64,000 nucleotides of DNA from IMG/VR virus record IMGVR_UViG_2858842621_000004. One strand, 5' to 3'. The stretch is from a virus. Below, piece by piece: positions 1 to 9,644 of this stretch. The translations under genes and the position numbers were made by a program. The number at the start of each line of letters is the position of its first letter. Position 1 is the first letter of the stretch. The notes beneath the pieces were generated by a model. That model saw nothing but the letters and a program-made list of their open reading frames with translations, did not search any database and was not told the DNA's origin.

Positions 1-164
1 GCGTCAACCAAGTGAGCGTGGTCAGGATTATGAAGCGGCCCGTCCGCGGCGAGTATCACTCGTTCAGTCCATTCCAGCAGCTGAGGCGCCGGCGCCAGCA
101 AGCCGCCGGTGGCCTCCGCGCGCGCCAGCCACTCGGCGGGCGGCCTGGGTCGCTCCTCACCCAT
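1..164 (-). CDS. Phage putative metallopeptidase, 5' part (runs off window; not in ORF track)
   Basis: Manual translation MGEERPRPPAEW...PAPQLLEWTERVILAADGPLHNPDHAHLVD; LHNPDHxHL motif typical of phage late-region metallopeptidase-like proteins; GGGAGG RBS. Confidence 0.65.
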   Translation of the reverse strand, partial: MGEERPRPPAEWLARAEATGGLLAPAPQLLEWTERVILAADGPLHNPDHAHLVD

Positions 165-395
165 CGGTCGCGCTCGCCCTCCCTTCATACTGAATCATCC
201 ACGATGCTTAACCAGCCTTGCTCCGCGCGATAAAGAGTCCCGGCCTTCCTCATTTGTCCAAGCGCCTCGCTGGGCCTGTCGTCGCTTGCCGCCGTCGATC
301 GACAACCGCTCATCCCTCGAAGCGGCGATGCTTGTCGGTGCGCGCCATTTTCACTACATTCGGACATTACGAAATCTTACAAAAAAGGAAATCTC

Positions 396-1433
396 GTGCC
401 TAACGCCGAGCAAAACCAACGAAATGAACAGGCCACATCAAGGCTAATTCGGATCCCAATAATCGTGGGGGGCTTGCTAATACTTGCCTACGGTATTTAT
501 TTTGGACTCATCCGGAAGCAGGGAACAGGTGGCACCGATATCTGGGGTCAATTTGGCGATTTCTTGGGTGGACTGCTAAATCCGATCGTGGGTACCATCA
601 CCATCATCCTTCTCGTCCGCACTCTCATGGCCCAGTTAAATGCTGTCGACATGCAACGGGAAGAGTTAACACTGCAGCGGGATGAATTAAAGCTCCAACG
701 TGCAGAAACCGCGAAATCTACGGAGGCATTAGCGGCGCAAAACAATGCAATCAAGATGCAGAGTTTTGAGCAGACTTTTTTCGCATGGCACGACAGTTAT
801 CGAACCTTAGTGACTAACCTCGCGGGGACTAATGCGCAACTCAGCGGAGCCCAGAGACTTCTGGAGTTATATCAGCCTTTCAAGTCCTCATCGGTCTGCA
901 AGGTCGCCAAAGGCGCACTAACGGAATACGACTCCATCCCGCCGGCCACCTATCCTCAAGCGATCGAGAGCTATCTGACAGATGGGAATAGATTAGTCGT
1001 CGAGCGTTTCGAGCGGGCAATTACTGCATACGAGACGATCTATAGAAACCACCACTCTGTTCTAGGCCCCATCTATCGAACGCTTTATCGACTGCTAGAT
1101 TGGATAGACAGATCATCGATTTCGGACGAAGAAAAATGGCACTATGTGGCTATAGCGCGATCCCAGTTATCCTGGGGCGAAATGCTATTTCTAGCATTTA
1201 ACGGACTAACTCCCAGAGGGCTAAACTTTGTTCCTCTCATGAACAAGTACGCATTACTCGACAATCTTGAAGACCACACGGAAGACCTGGTCCTGGTAAT
1301 GCGCAAAGCCTTTCTGAAAAAGCCGCCAGAGCTTCTTAATCCGCAAATCAATGCGTGGAGGTACGAGGACGGCGCCTTTCACTCGTCCGTCGCCAAATCG
1401 AAGTTGGGGATATTGACCGCAAGAGATATTTAA
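396..1433 (+). CDS. Putative phage abortive infection protein (putAbiC-like), two N-terminal TM helices
   Basis: GQFGDFLGGLLNP, coiled coil, FEQTFF, YRTLYRLL, RSQLSWGEM..NGL, KYALLDNL motifs; lower GC; opposite strand to flanking phage genes. Confidence 0.7.
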   Translation: MPNAEQNQRNEQATSRLIRIPIIVGGLLILAYGIYFGLIRKQGTGGTDIWGQFGDFLGGLLNPIVGTITIILLVRTLMAQLNAVDMQREELTLQRDELKLQRAETAKSTEALAAQNNAIKMQSFEQTFFAWHDSYRTLVTNLAGTNAQLSGAQRLLELYQPFKSSSVCKVAKGALTEYDSIPPATYPQAIESYLTDGNRLVVERFERAITAYETIYRNHHSVLGPIYRTLYRLLDWIDRSSISDEEKWHYVAIARSQLSWGEMLFLAFNGLTPRGLNFVPLMNKYALLDNLEDHTEDLVLVMRKAFLKKPPELLNPQINAWRYEDGAFHSSVAKSKLGILTARDI

Positions 1434-1663
1434 GGCTTATCGAAATATGCCCGACATCTCCGGCATATAGCGAATAGCTCTATGGAATTTTCACATAGCG
1501 TGGGCTCAAACATTGAGGTTCACATGCAGCTAGTCATGCGGCCCAGAAGGCCGCTCAATCGAATCTGGGCTGACGACTCACTTCGTTAGCCAGCTGCGAC
1601 CTCGAAATTGCAACGACTTAGCTGTGACCGGCTTCCTTCTAACCAGGTTCTTCAAGAGGTTGT

Positions 1664-1912
1664 ATGAAACGAACCCATGCATCGAAACGCACCGACATTC
1701 AGATCCACGCCGATCAGGCACATCAGGGTCCGCTCTCCAACATTGCCTACGTCACATATGGGCAAACGGCAATACGCGGGGCGAATCTTTCGGCCAAAAC
1801 CCTTAAGAGAATCCAGCCTTGGCTGGATCAAAATGAGATTCCTCACAAGCTCTCGGTCGACGGTGGCCAAACGTGGATCGAGAAGTTCGCCCCAGATTGG
1901 CACGTGCAATGA
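1664..1912 (+). CDS. Hypothetical protein
   Basis: 82-aa ORF with GAGG RBS, ends at a terminator hairpin. Confidence 0.45.
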   Translation: MKRTHASKRTDIQIHADQAHQGPLSNIAYVTYGQTAIRGANLSAKTLKRIQPWLDQNEIPHKLSVDGGQTWIEKFAPDWHVQ

Positions 1913-1941
1913 AAAACGCCCCGGTTTTTGGCCGGGGCGCT
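1912..1941 (-). terminator. Intrinsic terminator (possibly bidirectional)
   Basis: CGCCCCGG/CCGGGGCG stem with AAAAA on the left (U-tract on minus strand). Confidence 0.7.
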
Positions 1942-1991
1942 TCGTCAGATCGAACTTGCTACGAGTCTGGGCGAATTTTGCACAACTTGAT

Positions 1992-2639
1992 TCACAGAGT
2001 CAAGGGGGGGGCAAAGACAAAGACGATATAGCCATATACTCCTAGCCCCGCCAACAAGAGCAGAAATAGGGGCACCCGACGCAATAGTGCTCTCCTCCGC
2101 TCTACCGTCTGCAGCCGAGAAAGCGCAATGCGACTGAGGCCGACTTGAGCAATTGCAAGTGCTACGAAAAGCCAAAACAACAATTTCGGCGTGCTCGGGT
2201 GGTCGGAGACCGCGAGCGCCGCGCAAACCGCCGCTGCGAAGAGGAAAATCGCCCCTTCCCAGTAATAGTCCGAATCCTTGAACATTGAGGCTTCCGCAGT
2301 CTTGCTGCGTAGCACCCCACGACCTGCCGCGAGCGCTGCGGCTGCTGATAGCCAGAACGATGCATAGCTGAAAACGCCTGCACGCTTATCGGCGTTCAAC
2401 ACGTACTCATAGTACGGCATTGTGTTCGTCGCCAGGACAGCGCAGATAGGTACGACACTAAGAAAAGCCAGCAGCAGGATCACCGGGACTTCCCGTGAAT
2501 CAAGGTCGCCTGAACTACCCGACTTGGCCTTTCCCGGGTTACCCAGAGCTGCGTCTTGCAGATTGACCTTAGGCGCTTGTGGCGTCTGAAGCTGGTGCGC
2601 GTTCCGCGAAGCCTTTCTTCTCCTTTGCCTACGATTCAC
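1992..2639 (-). CDS. Hypothetical multi-pass membrane protein
   Basis: Several hydrophobic segments; AGGAG RBS. Confidence 0.55.
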   Translation of the reverse strand: MNRRQRRRKASRNAHQLQTPQAPKVNLQDAALGNPGKAKSGSSGDLDSREVPVILLLAFLSVVPICAVLATNTMPYYEYVLNADKRAGVFSYASFWLSAAAALAAGRGVLRSKTAEASMFKDSDYYWEGAIFLFAAAVCAALAVSDHPSTPKLLFWLFVALAIAQVGLSRIALSRLQTVERRRALLRRVPLFLLLLAGLGVYGYIVFVFAPPLTL

Positions 2640-2692
2640 CGGCTGCTCCTACTTTCAATTTGGGAGCAAATTTTAGGAACCGTTGAGCGCTG

Positions 2693-3292
2693 TTAAACGG
2701 TCAAGTAAACGCTGGAACCAGCCTCTGTCTGGATGTCAATCGGAAACTCCGCGCAGACAATGCATGCCTCCCGCATTTGAGTATCCAGACGATGCAAGGC
2801 GGCTCGACGCTTCCCTTCTACCAGCACCCGGTACGCGCCTCCGGCACGCTGTATGGCCGAATAAGGCAAGTCGAAGCGATCCGACAGATCACGCAGGCGC
2901 GGCCGGCCACGCAGGATATTGGTGACCAGCAGGTCGGTCAGTTCACGCTCACAACTGTCGGCGAGCCCCTCCGGGTTAAGCCATTCCGAGATCCGACGTG
3001 CGCTGGCCGCCCCCTCTTCACCGGTTCCATACTGCGCCCGCAGGATGTGGAAGCCCACGCTATCGCCCAGCGTCCGCTCCATCAGCTTGACGATGAACAC
3101 GGCCTGCGCGTGCCACTCATGCGGCGTCAGTCCTGATAGGGCCTTGCGCTCGTACTCGACGTCGAACCGCTCGCGCAGGGCCTCGCAGACCAACTGCGTC
3201 GGGTTCTTCGGCTCGATGGGCATGGCCAGCATCAAGTAGGCCACGGCGATCGCGTGCTCGGGGCACGAAAACGTTCCGGCTTCACGCGGCAT
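2693..3292 (-). CDS. Probable late-gene regulator (antiterminator Q-like, C-terminal HTH)
   Basis: Position after replication genes; HTH-like LRDLSDRFDLPYSAIQR; function inferred from synteny. Confidence 0.5.
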   Translation of the reverse strand: MPREAGTFSCPEHAIAVAYLMLAMPIEPKNPTQLVCEALRERFDVEYERKALSGLTPHEWHAQAVFIVKLMERTLGDSVGFHILRAQYGTGEEGAASARRISEWLNPEGLADSCERELTDLLVTNILRGRPRLRDLSDRFDLPYSAIQRAGGAYRVLVEGKRRAALHRLDTQMREACIVCAEFPIDIQTEAGSSVYLTV

Positions 3293-3434
3293 TCTTTACT
3301 CCTTTCAAATTCTCCAGCTCACAGCCTGGCTGTATCGGGCGGGTATAGACAGCCAAGCTCGGCACGCCCGGCTCGTCGTCCGAAAAATTTGTCGCGTACG
3401 GGTACCATTCCTGTTTCCACACGAGGAGGAATAT

Positions 3435-3707
3435 ATGAACAACCAAGTTCAGCAGCAGTTTGGCTTTCGGGTTGAAGATGCAGTAGAAACACCCTATGGT
3501 TGGACGGCCGCGTATTGGATCACTCGGCCTGGTGGGGCAGACCACGTTCGAGTAGATGTGCCTACGGTATTTCCAACATCCAAGGAGGCCGAAGAGAGTG
3601 CGCTCATGCGAGCCGAGGATCATCTTGCAGATGACTATGGCGGCATACGAAAGATCCGAGTTCCGCCAGCTCAACTCATGAGTTTTGGACCAAACGGTAA
3701 ACGCTAA
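3435..3707 (+). CDS. Hypothetical protein
   Basis: Strong GAGGAGG RBS, 90 aa. Confidence 0.6.
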   Translation: MNNQVQQQFGFRVEDAVETPYGWTAAYWITRPGGADHVRVDVPTVFPTSKEAEESALMRAEDHLADDYGGIRKIRVPPAQLMSFGPNGKR

Positions 3708-3778
3708 ATGGAGCGCTGTACGCCCCTTTGACTGGCCGTCCGTTTCAAGGTTTATCAGGAGCGCCTTGGCCATTGAGT

Positions 3779-4258
3779 TCATGCCAGGTCACTCACCAAA
3801 TCCACGGCCCTGAACCAACTGCCAAGGCCCGCACCGGCCGATGCTCCCGCCGTGTCTCCGCGCGGCTGCGCTGACGCGCATTCGTCGCCAAGCACCCGCA
3901 GCATCAACGCCCCCAATGCCTGCGCGGTCACATTCCCGCTGGCCGCTTCCGCGAAGTCCTTGCGGCTGTGCCGGCTCAGCCAGGGAATCACGCTGTCCGG
4001 CACAGGCTGGCCGGGCAGCGCCGCCTTCAGGCGCCCAGCCAGGATGAACAGGCTTCGACGGTTGTGCATGCGAGCGGTGATGCCTGCCTGCTCCGCGTAG
4101 GCCGTGCCGTGGTGCAGATGGCAGTACCAGTCGGACACGCCGGTCGTGGTGTCAGCGATAGACCCGGGCAGCATGCAGCCCCTGACGCAGCACATGCCGT
4201 AGCCCTGGACCGGATGCTGGTGGCGGGTCACCGCCGCGGATGCCTCGGCGTAGCTCAT
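3779..4258 (-). CDS. Hypothetical phage protein with Cys/His (Zn-binding-like) motif
   Basis: CCVRGC...WYCHLH; ATGA overlap with replication gene. Confidence 0.6.
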   Translation of the reverse strand: MSYAEASAAVTRHQHPVQGYGMCCVRGCMLPGSIADTTTGVSDWYCHLHHGTAYAEQAGITARMHNRRSLFILAGRLKAALPGQPVPDSVIPWLSRHSRKDFAEAASGNVTAQALGALMLRVLGDECASAQPRGDTAGASAGAGLGSWFRAVDLVSDLA

Positions 4259-5244
4259 GCGGTTCGCTCCTGCTCATCACGCCGGCGACGCAGCTCGGCG
4301 AAGATCCGATCGCGGTAGCTGGCGTAGGTCTCGCCGCCCCGAGCAAACATGCCCAGTTCACGCCCCACGCGGTCCGTCGCCGCATCGGACTTCCACCACT
4401 CGCCCCAGTCCTGGCCGGTCTCGGCACGAGGCCCCACCGCGTTCGGCACGACGGGAGCGCGAGCTGTTCGCACGCGGTTTCGCCAGGTCGCCAGCCAGTC
4501 GAGCTTGCAGCCCTTCGCTCCTGGCACGGCGGTCCAGTAGTCGCGGAATTCGTCGGCCAGTACGCGCACCTGCTCGGCGGACAGGTCGGGCCGCAGGTCG
4601 AGCGCCGCCTTGCCCCAGGACATCGGCAGAACCCAGTCTGCCGGCAGGCGAGATCCACGCTTCGTGGTGCTGACAGTGTTACGGCTTTTAGAGGTATTAC
4701 CTACGAAGATAGGTATTACCTCTTTCTTATGTTTTATTTCTGTAGGGAAAACTGGTACTGCTTCGGGTTTACCCAGGTGTCCCAAATTTGGTACTGCTTC
4801 GGGGTAAGCGGTACCAGTTTTGGGACTGCTTCCCTCAAAATCATCGGAAGCTATCCCAATTTCGGTACCGCTTAGCTGTCCCAAATCTGGTACTGCTTGG
4901 GCTTCGGAAGCTGTCCCGTTTTCGGTACCGCTTTGCTGATCCGAAGCTGTACCAGAATTGGTACCGCTTGCTGGTTCGCACAGCCGGAACACGACCACCG
5001 ACTTAGTGGCCCCTGCCCGCTCGCCGCTATCGACCAGGAAACCTGCGTCGATCAGCCGGCGCAGATTGGCGAGCACCGTCTTGCGGTCTTGCCCAGTCTG
5101 CTGCGCGATCAGGGTGGTGGATGCAAATGCGCTCCACGGCGCTTGCTTGCCGTGCGCATAATGCGCCAGTGCCACCAGAATGAACTTGGCTGGGGAATGG
5201 CAAACAGGCTGGGCCAATGCCCAAGCGACAGCTTGAGCACTCAT
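4255..5244 (-). CDS. Phage replication initiator (lambda O-like; N-terminal winged HTH)
   Basis: N-terminal HTH (KFILVALA...IAQQTGQDRKTV), internal iterons, C-terminal RGSRLPADW...FRDYW...KLDWLATWRN domain. Confidence 0.85.
   Translation of the reverse strand: MSAQAVAWALAQPVCHSPAKFILVALAHYAHGKQAPWSAFASTTLIAQQTGQDRKTVLANLRRLIDAGFLVDSGERAGATKSVVVFRLCEPASGTNSGTASDQQSGTENGTASEAQAVPDLGQLSGTEIGIASDDFEGSSPKTGTAYPEAVPNLGHLGKPEAVPVFPTEIKHKKEVIPIFVGNTSKSRNTVSTTKRGSRLPADWVLPMSWGKAALDLRPDLSAEQVRVLADEFRDYWTAVPGAKGCKLDWLATWRNRVRTARAPVVPNAVGPRAETGQDWGEWWKSDAATDRVGRELGMFARGGETYASYRDRIFAELRRRRDEQERTA
4680..4968. repeat. Replication origin: six 20-bp iterons plus AT-rich tract inside the initiator gene
   Basis: RTMCC-N6-GGKACYGCT at 4779, 4811, 4853, 4878, 4913 and 4949, partial copy at ~4745; AT-rich 4680-4750. 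Confidence 0.8.
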
Positions 5245-5564
5245 CGTCGTCCCCCAGGGGCCACAACCCTACCCTGCTCTACTACCGGTGCAACTCGTCC
5301 AATTCGTCCAGTGGCATTGCATTCACCACACATTAGCTTTTGAGGTTCACCAGAATACAACCATGCCAGGAATGGTTTGCGCACCAACTCATGGAATCGG
5401 TCGCGCGCCATTTGATCCAGGTCGAGCTCGGCGCGCGACTCCACACCGGATACGCGACGAATGAACGCAGCGGCCTCATCGGCGCAGTGAACGCCAGCAA
5501 AAACCCAGAACTTCGGATTTCGACTCAGCCGGACGGCCAGCCAGCAAATCGAATTGGCCTTCAT
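5241..5564 (-). CDS. Conserved phage hypothetical protein
   Basis: FIRRVSGVESRAELD...FHELVRKPF resembles the C-terminus of 51146..51598 in prophage 2. Confidence 0.65.
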   Translation of the reverse strand: MKANSICWLAVRLSRNPKFWVFAGVHCADEAAAFIRRVSGVESRAELDLDQMARDRFHELVRKPFLAWLYSGEPQKLMCGECNATGRIGRVAPVVEQGRVVAPGGRR

Positions 5565-5667
5565 TCGATATGCTCGAGTAAATCCCCTGCGGCAACACCC
5601 CGCTCCTCCGGCCCCTTACGGCATACACTGTTGGCTCTCACTCTGAACAGACGGGAGACGACCGACC

Positions 5668-5982
5668 ATGAAGAAGTTAATAGTTGCGCTGAGGTATGAG
5701 CCATCCGTTGCGTTGCTCTTCGGGACGGCTGGCGTTGAATACCGCACAGATGGCGTTGTGGCTCCCGATGGGACGCAACTACCGGTGTGCCTATTACTCG
5801 TGGCATGCTCATCGGTTTCAGCCACGGACCATGGCCTTGTACGACTGGAAATTCGCCCAAGAGAGGGCGACCGAGCGCTTCCGTTCTCAGCGGTCTCAGT
5901 CCCAGCAGCACTCCTTGCCTGGAGCATTGATTCAGGAAACGAGCGAGACTTCCCCGTGGGATTCCTACGTACCCAGGTCTAA
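5668..5982 (+). CDS. Hypothetical protein
   Basis: GGGAG RBS, 104 aa. Confidence 0.5.
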   Translation: MKKLIVALRYEPSVALLFGTAGVEYRTDGVVAPDGTQLPVCLLLVACSSVSATDHGLVRLEIRPREGDRALPFSAVSVPAALLAWSIDSGNERDFPVGFLRTQV

Positions 5983-6075
5983 GGCCGCGCATTGGCGTTG
6001 GGTGCAAGAGAACTTGATGCCGTAACAGATACCCGCTACTCTTGATAGTTACTTTTCTGTTACATCCAAGCGGAG

Positions 6076-6405
6076 TTGAAAGTGAATCAAGAGCAACACG
6101 AACTACTTGTCCAAGCTCATCAGCAAATGCTGAACCTTGCTCAAATAAACGAGGTGCAAATGAAGTTGAGCATGTCGATGCGAGAAGATCTGATGGCGGC
6201 GCAAATTGCCCTGCGCGCAGTGTGCGAAGTTCTTTCTCCCGAGGGAAAACGGCTTGCGGCTGAGCACATCCGGGAATTCGGGGAAGAGTTTCGGGATCGA
6301 TTTGCAAAGGACCACCCAGACCGGGCGATTGACGGGTTCTCAATTGCAATAAATGCCTATCTAGAAGGCTTGGGAGCCGCCCCCATCGCCGAGGGTGTGA
6401 AGTAG
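6076..6405 (+). CDS. Hypothetical protein
   Basis: Helical ~107-109 aa ORF with GGAG RBS; start may be GTG 6082. Confidence 0.55.
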   Translation: MKVNQEQHELLVQAHQQMLNLAQINEVQMKLSMSMREDLMAAQIALRAVCEVLSPEGKRLAAEHIREFGEEFRDRFAKDHPDRAIDGFSIAINAYLEGLGAAPIAEGVK

Positions 6406-6469
6406 GACGCACGACAAAAGCGATTCGCCCATTCGCGCCTGCCAATCGCTGTTCAACTAGGAGATCGAT

Positions 6470-7762
6470 TTGGATAACCCCGTCTATCGCTCCGCGATGG
6501 AAGGCCTGCAGGAAATGTATGGGCCTTTGTCTGGATGGCAAAGCAACGTAGGCGTTCGCACCAACACTTCGCCGAAGGGAAAAATCACCCTTTATCACGA
6601 TCGAATCGCTTCCGGAAATAAGGCCGAGCTCGCGGTCGATCCTGAATCGATGGCCCGAGCGACCGGGCAAGGCGAAGACCAAGCCGAAGCTTTCATAAAA
6701 CAACTGTCGCAGTTGACGGGGCGCGCCACCCTGACCCATGCAAGGTACAAATGGCCGCGGATCGGCTTGGCTGTGGACTCCGACGTGGAAGCAGTTTTGG
6801 AAGCTCTGCAAACTCTGTTCAATGAGGTGGCCTCGGACGCCCTCTCTTCGGATCCGTCGCCCAGCTACTGGTGGGTGAGCCACAACCAAATGCATCGCCG
6901 AGAGCTCAGCGGCGGCTACATCTGGTGTCCCCAGACCAAGAAAGGCGGCGGGGCGAGAGAAACCTGGACGAACGTATCTCGCGTGCGACGGGGAGACATC
7001 GTCTTTTCCTACGCAAAAACGAAGCTCCAAGCTGTTGGCGTTGCGCTTGGCGATGCACAGGAGGCAAGTGCTCCCAGCGAGGCGTATCACTCGTGGAACG
7101 ATGCTGGATGGCGCGTGACAATCCAGTGGGAATCCCTTGGATCCCCGTTGTCTCCCAAAGAGCATTGGGACGAAATCGGCGACCTTTTCCCTGCTGTCCA
7201 TTCGCCACTGCGCGAGGATGGCGGCGGAAACATGACATACCTGGCGGCGTTGAGCGTGCCTCTGGGTTTGAAGCTGCTGGACCTGATCGGCATGACGGAC
7301 GACGACGCCCTCGCGAACGTTGATCGGGAGATGGTCAAGGTGTCTGGCGTCGATAAGACCGAGGTTGAGCGGGTCTACCAAGCGCGTATAGGCCAAGGCA
7401 CATATAGAAAGAACGTCATGTCCGTCGAACGCTACTGCCGCGTAACGGGTGTCAGCAATGTGGATCTGCTCATCGCGAGCCACATCAGGCCGTGGCGTCA
7501 AAGCTCGAACCAACAACGCCTCGACGGCAACAATGGCCTGCTTCTCTCGCCTCACGTCGATAAGTTGTTCGACTCGGCCTGGATATCGTTTTCCGATCAG
7601 GGAGAGATCCTGGTTGCCAGCGGAGAGGTCAGAGAGGTGCTCATCGCCTGGGGCATTGACCCAGACATGAACGTAGGGCAATTCAATGAGGACCAAGAAA
7701 AATACTTGGCCTACCATCGAGACGTCCTTTTCTCGGAAAAGGCTAAGCAACCAGAAGAATGA
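6470..7762 (+). CDS. EVE-HNH endonuclease (VcaM4I-like, probable modification-dependent restriction enzyme) with extra N-terminal domain
   Basis: YWWVSHNQ...GGYIWCP...GDIVFSY...GW.V...SPL..GGN..YL (EVE/PUA-like) followed by ARIGQG..R, CRVTG, ASHIRPW, NGLLLSPHVDKLFD (HNH). Confidence 0.8.
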   Translation: MDNPVYRSAMEGLQEMYGPLSGWQSNVGVRTNTSPKGKITLYHDRIASGNKAELAVDPESMARATGQGEDQAEAFIKQLSQLTGRATLTHARYKWPRIGLAVDSDVEAVLEALQTLFNEVASDALSSDPSPSYWWVSHNQMHRRELSGGYIWCPQTKKGGGARETWTNVSRVRRGDIVFSYAKTKLQAVGVALGDAQEASAPSEAYHSWNDAGWRVTIQWESLGSPLSPKEHWDEIGDLFPAVHSPLREDGGGNMTYLAALSVPLGLKLLDLIGMTDDDALANVDREMVKVSGVDKTEVERVYQARIGQGTYRKNVMSVERYCRVTGVSNVDLLIASHIRPWRQSSNQQRLDGNNGLLLSPHVDKLFDSAWISFSDQGEILVASGEVREVLIAWGIDPDMNVGQFNEDQEKYLAYHRDVLFSEKAKQPEE

Positions 7763-7909
7763 GCGATCGGCCTCAATCGCAATCAGAAGAATCCACAAAG
7801 CACCTTGGATTGAACCTGGCTGAGTTCGTACGTAATCCCACCAACCTTCACTAGACTCCCTGCAGGGAGCTTCCACATACGCAGCGATTAATCGGGAGAT
7901 TTGGTCAGA

Positions 7910-8158
7910 ATGGCCCTCTACTTTTTGAGCTACGACTTGCGCAAATCCCGCAACTACCAACCGCTGTACGATGAACTGGCAAAGCTCGATGCCACTCGGG
8001 TCCTGGAATCCCTTTGGGCGTTCAAACTCGCCGACACCAATTGCACATACGTTCGGGACTATTTCCGTCAATTTATCGATGCAGACGATGGGTTGATCGT
8101 GACCCAAGCTGTCGACTGGGCAACTTGGAACACGGATAAAGCCCCACCCAACACATAA
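7910..8158 (+). CDS. Small Cas2/VapD-like ferredoxin-fold protein
   Basis: YFLSYDL...Y..LY..L....RVLESLW...IDADDGLIV pattern. Confidence 0.55.
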   Translation: MALYFLSYDLRKSRNYQPLYDELAKLDATRVLESLWAFKLADTNCTYVRDYFRQFIDADDGLIVTQAVDWATWNTDKAPPNT

Positions 8159-8363
8159 GTCACGCCGTGCAGGAGGTAGCACCGCGCCCTCCTCCTGCCG
8201 GTCTAACGCCCGCGCCGCCTGTTCTAGATCAAGATGCGCATACTCAACTGGCGCCAATTTGACTTGGTCGGACACGTCGGGACGAATCCGCAACCTAGAA
8301 TTGCCAACCAATTTGGCGGCCAGTTCCAGCCATATATGATCGGGATTCCCCAACCCCAACCAT

Positions 8364-8702
8364 ATGTGGAAGGAACTGACCATGGACCCGCAAGTAAGAG
8401 GACAATTGGCGACAATCACCTTCGCGCTTGGCAAACTCATCCGCTCGACCAGCCGTACCGCCGAACAGAGGCAAGACGAGGTGGAGCGGCTGCGGAGCTG
8501 GGCGGACCACCAGCTCAAAGAGGCATATCGCGCGGGCGCAGATTCTGCCGGCCTCACGCCGGAGCAACAAGCCTTCCTGTCAGGAGTCCACGACACCGTA
8601 GACCAGTTGGCATGGCTCATCGACTCCCCCGTTTACCCTCAGGGCCAAACGAGCGGTACATCCGCTCCGCGCAACGACGATCCCAGTCCTCCTGATCTCT
8701 GA
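8364..8702 (+). CDS. Hypothetical protein (start probably ATG 8382)
   Basis: AGGAA RBS before MDPQ; helical sequence. Confidence 0.5.
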   Translation: MWKELTMDPQVRGQLATITFALGKLIRSTSRTAEQRQDEVERLRSWADHQLKEAYRAGADSAGLTPEQQAFLSGVHDTVDQLAWLIDSPVYPQGQTSGTSAPRNDDPSPPDL

Positions 8703-8764
8703 CGTCGCGGGTGTATCGGCGCAGCGCGGGCGTAATTAACCAGAGCAAGGCGCGGGCATACAGT

Positions 8765-9121
8765 TCACGCATGGCAGCCCCCACTCGCGTCGGTATCTGG
8801 CGACTGCTCTTTGAACTTGCGCTCCCAGCCGATCACGAGGTAGCCAAACGGTCGGCTCCACTCCGTCACACCGGCTGGCGGGACCGCGCCAGGAATGATC
8901 TCGGCCAACTCATATGTGAACCGCCCTGCGACATCGCCAACGGGTCGAAAGGTGGCATAGCCAATGTGGTTGCCGGCGCCATCACGTAGGCGCATGCCCA
9001 AGAGCGTCGGAGCTTCAGGGCGCATTTTTGGCCCCTCAAGCACCAGTCGAACGCCACCGCGGCCCGCAGGCTCGAGCCAGGCGTTGATATCGAGGTCAGC
9101 GTAGGTTCGGAATTCACGCAT
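8765..9121 (-). CDS. Hypothetical phage protein
   Basis: AAGGAG RBS before MREFRT; same strand as cro operon. Confidence 0.55.
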   Translation of the reverse strand: MREFRTYADLDINAWLEPAGRGGVRLVLEGPKMRPEAPTLLGMRLRDGAGNHIGYATFRPVGDVAGRFTYELAEIIPGAVPPAGVTEWSRPFGYLVIGWERKFKEQSPDTDASGGCHA

Positions 9122-9210
9122 TGGAGGCTCCTTGCTGCGAATGGGCGCCCTGCCCCTTCCCCTTAAACTGGCTGCTCTCACACAAACCATCCTTGGGAAA
9201 GGAGCTGGGC

Positions 9211-9552
9211 ATGGAAAAAACGGCGCGGCAGCAGTTCGACGACCTGCTGAAGGAATCGCACTTCTTCAACGATTCGATCAACACGGCAAAGCGAGCCGCT
9301 GGATACGCGGCCGGGCAAATCCTCGGCGCCCTCATCGAAGGGGATGTCACCATGTACGAAAAGCTCAAGCGACTCATGGCCGAAGACTTCCAGCGAGACT
9401 CGGACCAAGGCCCGAGCCTGGACAGTGCAGCTCGGCTGGTGCTCCATGGAATTCAGCAGGGACTCGATTCGGTTGCGCGTCCAAGCGCGCGGCTGCAGCA
9501 GACGCGGCAGCGTTCGGCCGCGCGGTCGCCGGGGAACCCAGCCGCCGACTGA
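9211..9552 (+). CDS. Hypothetical protein
   Basis: AAGGAG RBS before MEKTARQQF. Confidence 0.5.
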   Translation: MEKTARQQFDDLLKESHFFNDSINTAKRAAGYAAGQILGALIEGDVTMYEKLKRLMAEDFQRDSDQGPSLDSAARLVLHGIQQGLDSVARPSARLQQTRQRSAARSPGNPAAD

Positions 9553-9644
9553 TCGCTACCATCACCAGCGCACGTTGCATGGCGCGCCTGATCTGCGGCG
9601 GCCCGAAAGCCTTGGCGCCCTTCTCGCGCCCATATCCAGCCCGA

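Noticed and set aside
5561..8620. 1019-aa minus-strand ORF
   Set aside because: No recognisable motifs. It is in register antisense to the EVE-HNH and Cas2-like genes and overlaps several better plus-strand genes. Only its last codons, which overlap the next start as ATGA, might be a real gene remnant.
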